A DNA stretch of 46,584 nucleotides, the filler included, from Jimgerdemannia flammicorona (taxonomy: Eukaryota), in NCBI GenBank assembly GCA_003990765.1. It is 2 parts of 2 records of this genome, joined end to end, with 100 filler letters (N's around TTAATTAATTAA, not from the genome) between each part and the next. Parts side by side here need not be neighbours in the genome. Positions count along the whole stretch, not along the records: positions 1 to 23,242 come from RBNJ01001130.1; positions 23,343 to 46,584 come from RBNJ01001131.1. One strand, 5' to 3'. Positions 12,171-23,356 of the stretch are shown here, piece after piece. The position numbers and the translations under genes are program-made. The notes under the pieces were generated by a model. That model worked only from the letters and a program-made list of their open reading frames with translations. It ran no database searches and was not told the DNA's origin. Each line of letters begins with the position of its first letter. Within the stretch, counting starts at the first letter, position 1.

Positions 12171-13909
12171 AAGGAGCAGATTTACTTAAGAGTGGGTTGT
12201 GGGTTATTGAATAGGTTTATTTGTTATTCATTATATTGCTATACTAGGAGTAGTTGTATAAAGGGATATTGTGGGGAAGTATTCAGGAATGTTCTTGTGT
12301 GTTCGAGTCTGAGATTCTGAGGTCTGGGGGAGGGGGTATTATACTAGTGAGGGGCTATCTGGACTATGCTCAATATGGGTGTAGCACTAAGTGCCTTGCT
12401 GAGTCAGAATGCAGTCATGTAGTACAAGTGTGATCTGACATGTCAAGAGATCGTCTGACTGCTGGGTCAGTTCACAGTCACGTCATACAATGCTAATCTA
12501 ACTATACAATGACTGCTAGGCTATTTATGGGTTTAGGCACTGTCTGGGTAGTCCTCAATAACATCATCATCAATTGCATCATCTCAGATAAAGTAGTCAT
12601 CTAGGAAAAGTGGTTTGCAGATTACTTCTCCTTGTTCGCTGAGGTAATAATACATTGGGACTTCAACTCCATCCCACAGGATAGCATCGTCTGTCTCATA
12701 GGCTGGATAAGGTATTGGTGATGTATTGTCTTCACTTTCATTGGATTTGCTATCTGCATACCTTCTATAGGTTACAGCACTATGAGTTGCAGGATTGTAG
12801 TAAGTTGGCAGCTGTGGTTCATGTTACTCATACTCAGGTGGTGGAGTGGTTGGTTCAATCTCAGGGGATGTCTGGAGGTATAGGTTGTGTTCTCCGGTCT
12901 CTTCATTATAGTTGAAGTAATCGGGGGTGAATGCTGGTTGGTATTTGTGCCAGTGGTCATTGTCCCAATAAGTCTCATATGCAGTTATGAACTGTTGTAA
13001 GTTCATCGGCAAGGTTGGCAGAGTGATCAGGGTTGGCAGAGATCCTTGGCTAGAGGTCATGTCAGTGTCGGAGAGATCATTGTCTTCTGCTTCATCTTTA
13101 TCGAAGTGGATTATATCATAGATGTCCTTCATGGTGTATCCAACTTGAGGCATTTGCAAGATATGGTCATTGGGGTGTGGAAAGGTTCTGTCTGTGGTTT
13201 CGACGTACTCGAGGTACTTGTGGTTGAGTTCTTGTATCATGTCATCAATTTGACCATAGGACAGGATAGCAACCATTTTGCTGATAGTAACTCAGAGGTG
13301 GGGAATAATGGTACTATACTCATAGAAGAGTTCTCAATGTTTGTAGGCGATGAGCTTCTAGTGTTGAGACATCTGGGTAATGTCTGTATCATAGTGGTGT
13401 TTGACCATGTCTTCTAGGAGGCGGCCAATCTGGTAGTAGCTTGAGATTTGTCCTATTCGGTAAGCCTCGCTAAGCATATTCAGAGCATTCCATCAGACTT
13501 CCACAAAGTAGATGGGTGCTGGGCTATGGATATTCATGAGGGGCAGAAGGGGTGTGGCTCGGTTGACAATGGCATTCCAAATATCAGCACAGATACGGTT
13601 GTAGATCTCAGTGGTCATGTTTGTGTGTTTGGAAGTTTGTAGTTATTGTTATTTGTTTTGGTTCTCTGTTTTGACGTGTCTCAGTGCTCGGTATATATGT
13701 ATTTGGTCCTGATTGATAAGATTCTGTTTGTGTAGATCTTCTGTTCTGTGACTTCATATTGACTCAGCTTTGTGCCTGTGACTTCAGTTTGACTCAGCTT
13801 TGTGATTAAGCAGGTGATTTCCAGATTTGTTCAGAGGTCGCGTGTGATTTCAGTAGCTTGTTCAGAGGGTGACATATAATTTCGGTGGCTTGGAGGTTGT
13901 GCGCTAACA
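12171..13909 (-). repeat. 3' LTR of copy B, U3/R part
   Basis: Reverse complement of the family LTR, with the PPT adjacent at 13911-13928. Confidence 0.94.
12533..13618 (-). pseudogene. LTR-encoded ORF, copy B 3' LTR
   Basis: Contains track ORF 12824-13276 and carries a small internal deletion. Confidence 0.75.
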
Positions 13910-14119
13910 ACTCTCCCCTTCTTAGCTTTCGACATTCTTGTCAGGGCCTTCTAATTTTGTTCAGTGGTACAGGGAGAATAGGCTTACTTTCAGTTTGCCA
14001 TTTTCCAGAGGGTCAGTATTCTTGTCTTGTTTGCTGAGTTCTTGGTTTGGTTCGCAATAATTATAATGTTTGGGAGGATAATATATAGTATGTATAGAGA
14101 GGTGCAAGAGTATTTGGTT

Positions 14120-17100
14120 CTAGTTGTTCAAGGAATCATATTCCTGAACTAGGTTGGTAGCATTCTGAAGATTGGTTTTAGGTTCCCAGGTTGCATCATG
14201 GATTGGATAACCTTTCCATTTGACAAGGTACTCGGGGTGGCTCTTGTTGCCATGTTTGTTGAGGATTTATTCAACTTTGTATTCTTCTTGATCATTAATA
14301 ATGACATGTGCAGGTGGTTTGGTGGTTCAGTTTGGGAATAGCTCATAATCATTCTCATTATATCGCTTGAGATGTTAAACATTAAAGACTGGGTGAATCT
14401 TAATGGTGTCCAGTTGTGCCAATTTGTAGGAGGTTGGAGAGACTTGTGCAATAACTTCAAATGGTCCAATGAACTTGCTGTTCAGCTTCATAGATGATCT
14501 GTACTTGAGGTTGTCAACTTGGTATCCTCAGATGTCTAGTAGAACTTTTTCTCTAATATCAAAGGTTTCTTCTTGGCGGTATTGGTTAACATATTGTTAC
14601 TGTTGTTCTTGAGCTCGTAATAAGTTCTCGATGGTAATCTGGCTTAGGTTGCGCATTCGGAGTAAGAATTCTTCAACAGCTTCGACTGTAGAGGGTTCTT
14701 CTGTGGTTCGGATAAGTGTCAAAGGGGTGTTTGGGTTTTGTCCAGTGTTGGCGAAGAATGGGGTCATTCTGAGAGAGGCTTGCTTGCTGTTGTTATAAGC
14801 AAACTCAACTGCTGTCAGGTGTTCATGCCAATCATCTTGTCTGTAGGAAACATAGTTCTTTAGTATTTGTTCCAGAGTTTGGTTCATTCTTTCAGTTTGG
14901 CCATCAGTTTCAGAGTAAAAGGCTGTGGATAGTGCAAGTTTTGTTCCAAGGTGTGTATAGAGGGCTTTCCAAAAATGGCTGGTGAATTTCAGATCTCGGT
15001 CACTAACAATGATCTTAGGAAGACCATGATAGCGGAAGATGTTGTTAAACAAGAGTGTGGCTATGTCTGGTGCTGTTGCAGTAGTAGTAGTAGGCACAAA
15101 GTGGGCTTGTTTGCTGAGGTAGTCTACAAAGACAACAATTGCATCCTTCCCGTTCTTGGTTTGGGGTAGTTGTATAATGAATTCTATAGAGATTTGTTTC
15201 CAATTCACAGATGGTACTGGGATAGAGTGAGGTAAGCCAGGTTTTGCTAGTGTTGAGGACTTATTTCATTGGCAGGCATCACAGGAAGTAATGTAGGTCT
15301 TGAGCTGATCTGCCATGCAGGGCCAATAGAAGTTTTGGGAGATAACTTCGTAACATTTATCAAATCCTAAATGTCCAGCTGTAGGGGCATCATGACATTC
15401 AAATAGGATAGTCCTTCGGAGGTCTCAGTTGTTTGGAACATACAGTCTGTCTTTGTAGTAGATAGCATTGTCCTTCAGTTGGTATTGATGATACTGTGTA
15501 TGCTTGTTGGTATTGTCACTACTTAGGATTTCTTGCAGTGCTTGAGCTTCCTTATCATCAGCATCTACTGTGATAATTTGTTCCATGATGGAGTTTATAA
15601 CCAAGGTGAGAGTTTGGATAACCTCTTTGATTGGTGGTCTGGAGATTGCATCAGCAACAATATTTTCCTTGCCAGGGCGGTACTGGATTTCATAGTCAAA
15701 GTTGGTAAGAACTTTCATCTATCTGGCTTGCTTTCGAGAAAGGGTAGCTTGGATCTTGATGTTGACTAATGACTTGTGGTCAGTCAAAACAGTGAAGTGT
15801 GCTCCTTCTAGATATGGTCACCACTTGATCAGTGTGTCTACAATGGCTAGCATTTTCTTCTCATAAGTTGTGTAGTTGATTTCGGCATCATTGAACTTGT
15901 GGGAGTGATAGGCCACAGGGTGTCCTTCTTGCATGAGCACTGCTCCAAGAGCTAGGTCAGAAACATCAGTAATAACTTCATATGGTAGGGCAGGATTTGC
16001 TGCTTGAAGTACTGGAGTGGTTATCAAAGCATCTTTCAGTGCTTGAAAGGCAGTATCTTGCTTGGGTCCCCAAGTTACAAGATTATTGAAGTCTTTCTCT
16101 TGTTTTATGGTCCAGGGTTGTTCTTGTTTCTTGTTGTGCTTGGTCATTTGGGTGAGGGTGGTAGTGATTTTAGCAAAGTTGGCAACAAATTGCCTGTAAT
16201 AGTTTGCTAATCCCAGGAATGACTGGAGGTCTTTCAGCTTCTTGGGTCTGGGCCAATCCTTGATTGCAGAGATTTTGCTGGGGTCCACTTTGATTCCATT
16301 TGGAGTGACAATGTGTCTAAAGAATTGAATTTCTTTCAGGAGAAATTCATACTTACTGAGTTTTGCAAAGAGTCAGTTTTCTCGGAGTTTCAGTAGTACT
16401 AGTTCAAGGTGTTCAAGATGTTCCTCTAGGGTTTTGCTGAAGACTAGAATGTCATCAATGTAGACAACAATGAATTTGTCCAGGTTTGGATGCAGAATGG
16501 TATTCATCAGTGTCTGGAAGGTTGCTGGAGCATTAGTTAAGCCAAAGGGCATAACCAGGAACTCAAAGTGTCCATAGCGAGTTCGGAAAGCCATCTTGTA
16601 GATGTCTTCTTCTTTCATAGCAATTTGCCAGTAACTATTTCACAGGTCAAAGGAGCTCATGAATTGTGGATTGATGAGCCTATCAAATATTTCATCGATC
16701 CTTGGTAGTGGGCAACAGTTCTTGATGGTCTGTTCATTGAGATCTTGGTAGTTAATGCACATTCGCAGGTCTTCTCCTTTCTTGACAATGAAGAGGACAG
16801 GTGCACCATAGGGTGATACACTGGGTCTAATGAATCCTTATTCTAGGAGTTCATCAATTTTCTTCTTGAGTGCATCAATTTCTCTCAGAGACATGTGGTA
16901 GATTGACTTGAAGGCTGGTTTGGCATCTGGGATAGTCTTGATAGCATGGTCTACTGCTCATTTGGGAGGTAGGCCTTTCGGGAGCTTCTTTGGAAATATG
17001 TCCCAGAATTTCTGAAGTAGTGGTCTGACATGGCTGTCAACTTTGGAGAAAACTTCTTCAGAGTTCTCAGGTTCTCCCTTGGATGGACAGATGGAGATGG

Positions 17101-19252
17101 TGAAGAGAGGGCATTTCTTGGCCAATTTCTTGAGTTGTAGCTTGTTGATGTGAGTGATCTTTGGTCCAGGGTCACTAGAGTTGAGTGGGTCCTTTTTGAC
17201 TTGTAGTTTGAAGTTGTGGTGTCCTTTCTTGATGGTCAGAGAATGGTTTACCCAATCGATCATAGGGTTCTCTTGTTTTAACCATAGAGTTCCAAGGATG
17301 ATTTCATTGTCAGGAAGTGGTATGATCTGGAGGATAACATGTACTCGGTAGTTGTCAATTCAGAAAGGTAGATTGCAGACTTCTTTGCTAATAACATGTG
17401 AGGTTCCATCAGCTGTAGCAACTGCTTGAGTTTGCTGTACTAGGGAGGTGAAGACCTTGAGTCTGTTGGCTGTCTCTTCATTGATGAAGTTGCCTGAGGC
17501 ACCACTGTCTATCATAATCTTGACAGGTGCTCTATTGACAAAAGCCTTAAGGGTGAGCAGTTTGTCTAATCCAATGGTGGTGATTTCAGTTATAGGAGCT
17601 TTCCTTCTGTTGGTTCTTCTTTGAGCCAGTTCATTGACACAAGAGAAGCAATCATCAATTATTCGAGAAAAGTACATTCCAATGCCATGAGGGCATCGGG
17701 TGCTGGGTACATATCCATCTTTGATCTTCTTGTAGAATTGTTCTTCTTTGCTCATAGTAGGTTGGGCTGGGGCCTTGTTTGATGAGCCAAATCCTTTGGA
17801 TCCTTGGATGGTGAGCAGTAATTCAGAGACTTCCTTGACTATCAGGGTTGACTTGATTTTTTCGAATAGGATCTGGGCAATGCAGAAGCCAATAGGGATC
17901 TTGAAGGGTATCCAACTGTGGTTTCGAATGAGGACAATAATTTCACCTGTATAATCTTCATCAATGACTCCTCCTTCTACTGAGAGTCCTTTCAGTGCTA
18001 GGCTGCTGTGACAGCATATTCTTCCAACATATCCTTCAGGGATTTGGATACTGATTCCTGTATAGACTTGTTTGACTTCTAGGTTGGAAACTGTAGCTTC
18101 TTTGGCTGCATACAGGTCATATCCAGCTGCTTTTTGACTTCCTTTGGTTGGGGCCTTCGCAGTTTCTCTTAACTTGACAAAGTCCAGTGTTCTGGTGGTC
18201 AGGTTGTTGAGGTGGTGCAGAGTGATAACAGTTGCTCATGTTGCTGTTCAGGGTTTTCGGTTAGAGCAGACACTGGCCATGTGTCCTGTCTTTCAGCAAT
18301 AGAAGCATGCTCCACTTCTTCGAAGTTCATTTCTTTTGCCTTCAGTAAGTTTCTTAAAGGTACTTGGCTGGGTGGGTTCATGATTTCTGAGTATCCAAGA
18401 GGTGGATGTGGAGGGAGCTTGAGATGCTTCATGCTTGGGTTCTTCTTTCTTGGTCCAAGTCTTTTCCTTGATATTGAATTGCCTTCGGGGCAGAATTGGT
18501 CCAGCTGTTAGGATTTGCTTGATCATGGTCTTGATTCTTGCCAGGCACCATTATTGGTGATCACAACCAACTGGGTGACCTTGTTCTCAGATTTTTCTAG
18601 TAAGCCATTCAGGCAGGGCATTGAACAAGTGGTCTGCTCTTATACCATTTCATGCTTCATCATTGGCAATATATCCTAGGCCAACAGTGTTCAGGAGTGA
18701 CTCGAGTTTTATACAGAAGGATTCGAATTCTTCTTTGCCATGTACATCAAATTTGAGGTTGTGGAGCTTTACTCGAGATTCGGTGATCATGGTTTCGCTG
18801 CGATATTGGATAATCATGAGTTGTTTAAGTCCAGGAGCTGCAGGATAGGCTCCATATCCTAGGGCATTGTTTGTTGTATTCTGAGCAACTACTGCAGGTT
18901 GGGTATCCCATGTGAGAGGTTTTTTAGGAAGAGTTTGCCACCATTCTTCAGCAGGTCCTTGGAAGAATGTAACAACTTGGCAGACATAGGCTGTAGTTGT
19001 AGCAAAGAGTTGTTCCAGAGTGTGGTCTTGATTATTTATCAGAATACGGTCAGCAACTCGCTCATTGGTCCATTGATTGGCTTCAAAGTTGGTGTCAACT
19101 ACACTTATGAAGCTTTGGACTTCTTGTGCAGTACCATTGAAGGTAGGTAGGCTCAGATTTTTGGTATGTCGGGTCTGTTCAGCTAAGGTAGTAATGGTTG
19201 CTGCCATTATGGCTACCTGGGCTGTGAGGTCTAGAATCTGTTGGTTTGCTAT
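14120..19252 (-). pseudogene. gag-dUTPase-PR-RT-RNaseH-IN-chromodomain polyprotein, copy B
   Basis: Track fragments 18650-19207 (gag), 17360-17755 (PR), 16373-16618 (RT, YIDD), 15818-16288 (RT/RH), 14597-15208 (IN). Knuckle CFYCxKTGHMASVC reads in frame into the dUTPase. Confidence 0.95.
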
Positions 19253-20204
19253 GTTGTTTAGTAGAGGCAGTTGGACTGCTGGTAGTAGTGTTACTGGTAC
19301 TACTTGAGATACTGGTGCAGAGTGTGATGGGGTTCTTTGGATCTGTGTAAGTTGCTGGAGTAGTAGTTGTGAGTCTGGAGTGAGGGCTTGTTAGATAGCT
19401 GTTTGTTTCTGTATAGGTGTATTCTGTCCTGATGGGAGTGCATCTCCTTCAGTGGTATATCCGGGATTGAATTTGGTGAGATACTCCTCCCCTTCTTCAG
19501 TTTGGTCCCCATGTAATTGGGTTTGCTCAGCATTAAAGTAGACAGAATCAGTTGTATATCTGATTTCAGATGGACTTAATCCAAAGTCAAGTTCAGGTTC
19601 AGTATTGGTTTCAGATTCAGGTAGGGCTGTAGCAGGGCCTGCTTTAGGTTCAGGGTCAGGTAGTTGACGAAGGGTTTCTCTTGCCTCTTCTTTAAGAATA
19701 TGGCGTGCCTTGCTGTTCTAGAATCGATAGTATAGTGCAGTCTTGGTCCTGGTATGGTGAAAGTCGGTAGAGATGAGCCACTTAGCTACAGAGGCTTGGG
19801 CTTCATGAGGAACTAAGGCTAGAAAGACTGCTGCTAGTTGTCCTAGGTTGCTCGGATTTGTGGAGCTAAGTTGAGAAGAGTAAAGAAGGCTTCAATAAGA
19901 CCTTCTTCATCTTGACTTGCTGGGTGTAGTGCAAGGAGTTCAGTGAAAAGGGTTTCACCTATTTGCTGGTTTAACTGGAGTACTTCTTTCTTTGAATGAA
20001 GTTTATCCCACTTGTTGCAGGTGTGGAGGTCAAATTGTCCTTGTATGTCAGGTTCAATTCTCTCCAGATTGTCAGATGGTTCAGGATAAATTCCAGTTCA
20101 GAGGTTGGGCTTTATACCAACTTGTTGGAATTCACAGAAGGGTTTGTAGCAGGATGAGGAAGCATCTTGAAGCACAATTGGTTTGAAAACCACTGCTACC
20201 AAGT

Positions 20205-22270
20205 TGTAAGAGTGTTGCTTTTTAAGGTAACCATTATGTAGTTCTGGAAAGGTTTTCTGGATATTCTGGATATTCTGGAAGACCGTTTTCTTATGGTCAA
20301 GATCAATTTCGTATGGAGTACATCCTCTACACTTATTGATTTCAAGATCGGGTTGACGTCTCAACCAAAGTCCTTTTTCGGACTAGTTCTGGATGTTCAG
20401 GATTTTCCGTATTTCAGGAAGTTCAAGAAACCAAGGCCAGCTTAGTTGAATTGGTGTATCGCTGCAGACAATACCCAATTAGGAAATTTCGTGATAGAGT
20501 TAGGAGTGGGACCTAATAGGGAGCAGATTTACTTAAGAGTGGGTTGTGGGTTATTGAATAGGTTTATTTGCTATTCATTATATTACTATACTAGAAGTAG
20601 TTGTGTAAAGGGATATTGTGGGGAAGTATTCAGGAATGTTCTTCTATGTTCGAATCTGAGATTCTGAGGTCTGGGGGAGTGGGTATTTATACTAGTGAGG
20701 GGCTATCTGGACTATGCTCAATATGGATGTAGCACTAAGTGCCTTGCTGAGTCAGAATGCAGTCATATAGTACAAGTGTGATCTGATATGTCAAGAGATC
20801 ATCTGACTACTGAGTCAGTTTACAGTCATGTCGTACAATGCTAATCTAACTATACTATGACTGCTAGGCTATTTATGGATTTAGGCACTGTCTGGGTAGT
20901 CCTCGATGACATCACCATCAATTGCATCATCTCAGATAAAGTAGTCATCTAGGAAAAGTAGTTCACAGATTACTTCTCCTTGTTCACTGAGGTAATAATA
21001 TATTGGGACTTCATCTCTGTCCCACAGGATAGCATCGTCTGTCTCATAGGCCCGATAAGGTGTTGGTGGACGAAGGATAGGTGTATTGTCTTCACTTTCA
21101 TCAGATTCGCTATCTGCATACCTTCTATAGATTACAGCACTATGAGTTGCAGGATTGTAGTAAGCTGGTGGCTGTGGTTCATGTCGCTCGTACTCAGGTG
21201 GTGGAATGGTTGGTTCGATCTCAAGGGTTGCCTGGAGGTACAGGTTGTGTTCTCCAGTCTCTTCATTGTAGTTGAAGTAATCGGGTGTGAATGCTGGTTG
21301 GTATTCGTGCCAGTGGTCATTGTCCCAATAAGTCTCATATGCAGTTATGAACTGTTGTAAGTTCATCGGCAATATTGGTAGAGTGATCAGGGTTGGCAGA
21401 GATCCTTGGCTAGAGGTCATGTCAGCATTAGAGGGATTATTGTCTTCTACTATATCTTCATCAAAGTGGATTAAATCATAGATGTCCTTCATGGCATATC
21501 CAACTTGAGGCATTTGCAGGATATGGTCATTGGGGTGTAGGAAGGTTCTGTCTGTAGTTTCGACATACTCGAGGTACTTGTGGTCGAGTTCTTGTATCAT
21601 GTTGTCGATTTGGCCATAGGACAGGGTAGCAACCATTTCGCTGATAGTAACTCGGAGGTGGGTAATAATGGTACTATACTCATAGAAGAGTTCTCGATGT
21701 TTGTGGGCAATGAGCTTCTGGTGTTGAGACATCTGGGTAATGTCTGTATTATGGTGGTGTTCGACCATATCTTCCAGGAGGTGGCCGATCTGGTAGTAGC
21801 TTGAGATTTGTCTGATTCAGTGGGCCTCACTAAGCATGTTCAGAGTATTCCATCAGGCTTCCATGAAGTAGAGGGGTGCTAGGCTATGGATATTCATGAG
21901 GAGCAGAGGGGGTGTGGCTCGGTTGACAATGGTATTCCAAATGTCAGCATGGATACAGTTGTAGATCTCGGTGGTCATGTTTGTGTGTTTGGAAGTTTGT
22001 AGTTGTTGTTGTTTGTTTTGGTTCTCTGTTTCGACATGTCTCGGTGCTCGGTATATATGCATTTGGTCCTGATTGGTAAGATTCTGTTTGTGTAGATCTT
22101 GTGTTCTGTGACTTCATATTGACTCAGCTTTGTGCGCTGTGACTTCGGTTTGACTCAGCTTTGTGATCAAGCAGGTGATTTCCAGATTTGTTCAGAGGTC
22201 GCGTGTGATTTCAGTGGCTTGTTCAGAGGGTGACATATAATTTCGGTGGCTTGAAGGTTGTGCACTTATA
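20205..22270 (-). repeat. 5' LTR of copy B (2066 bp)
   Basis: Adjacent to the PBS; outer end TATAAG (mutated TGTAAG) next to TSD TGTGC. Confidence 0.95.
20881..21978 (-). pseudogene. LTR-encoded ORF, copy B 5' LTR (best preserved: 366 codons, three TGA stops)
   Basis: 1098 nt with no frameshift. Includes the 278-aa track ORF 20932-21768. The stops fall where other copies have CGA, CAA or AGA. Confidence 0.82.
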
Positions 22271-23226
22271 TGTGCACTGCAACATCATGACTGAGGTGAA
22301 TCTTCTGATGTCTGCAGTCTCAGCAATCAGGGTGTCTCCCATGGTTGCAATATCCCATTGCTCAGAAATGATGTTCTTGGCTATTTATCTCTTGTTGTTT
22401 TGGAAATCAGTACCCATCTTGATCATAGGTTGGGGGAAGGGTAGACAAGGGGTATATTTCTGTTTGGGTAAAGAAGCCTTGTCCTCTAAATCGACTTTGT
22501 AACCTTGTGGTGACTTCCTGAAAGGTGGTAGACTGTGCAAGAGTAGTTGGGGGTTCTGGTCTCTGGGGTCTCTGTCTTTCTTATTGGTCCAACAGATGAC
22601 ACTGATAGCAATAGTCTTGGGGAGAGTGGAAGACCATTTGATGTGGACATCTTCCTAGCCAGAAAGCTTTCTCTTGGTGGGTTTCTTTCTTGGGAATAAT
22701 GGTGATGATACTGGGTCCTTCCTCTGTATTCCAGGGGTCATTGTCTTCAGGTGGTGTTCAGCAAGGGTCATCCCAGGGGATGAGTTCGAGGACTTCTTCT
22801 TCATGAGGTGCTTCTTGTTCAGGAACTTCTTGGTCAGAAGTTTCTTCTTCCTCAGATGATTCTTGACCCCAAATTGCTTATACCTCTGCAGCTTCGATTG
22901 CAGGTGTTTCTGGAATATATCTGCATTTCTTCTTCTTTTTTCTGCATTCTGGGGGGGCTACACCAGGTGATTTCCTTGTTCCCATGATCTTGGAGGAGTG
23001 CTTGGGACACTTGTGTCTCTTGAGGCATGTGGGGCATCCTTTGGCTTCTCCTGCAATGGCTCCAATGATGATGGAGATGGTGTTCTTAGCCCACATATTG
23101 TCTTCTGGTCTGTCATCCACTAGGTTAATCTGAGGATTGAGTCTGGGATTATTTCCATCTTCAGATTCTTCTTCTTCCTCTGTGGTAGATTCTTCACTGC
23201 TGGCATACTCTTCCTGAATAGTGACC
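22271..23226 (-). mobile_element. Element C, upstream part of the polyprotein (acidic and Cys/His-containing region)
   Basis: Joins 1414 across TSD TGTGC. Encodes acidic tracts and CPTCLKRHKCPKH. Ends at a poly(T) run. Confidence 0.65.
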
Positions 23227-23242
23227 TTTTTTTTTTTTTTTT

Positions 23243-23342
23243 NNNNNNNNNNNNNNNNNNNNNNNNNNNNNNNNNNNNNNNNNNNNTTAATTAATTAANN
23301 NNNNNNNNNNNNNNNNNNNNNNNNNNNNNNNNNNNNNNNNNN
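23243..23342. other. Artificial assembly spacer: 44 N + TTAATTAATTAA + 44 N
   Basis: Six-frame stop linker embedded in an N run totalling 100 nt. Confidence 0.97.
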
Positions 23343-23356
23343 CCCCCCACCTCTAT

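Larger units (their letters stand above)
1420..22270 (-). mobile_element. Full-length Ty3/Gypsy chromovirus, family A copy B (interrupted by copy A)
   Basis: 5' LTR 20205-22270; 3' LTR split into 1420-1732 and 12171-13909. PBS 20193-20201, PPT ~13911-13928, TSD TGTGC on both sides. Confidence 0.95.

Noticed and set aside
23287..23298. TTAATTAATTAA palindrome within Ns
   Set aside because: Synthetic six-frame stop linker; not biological.
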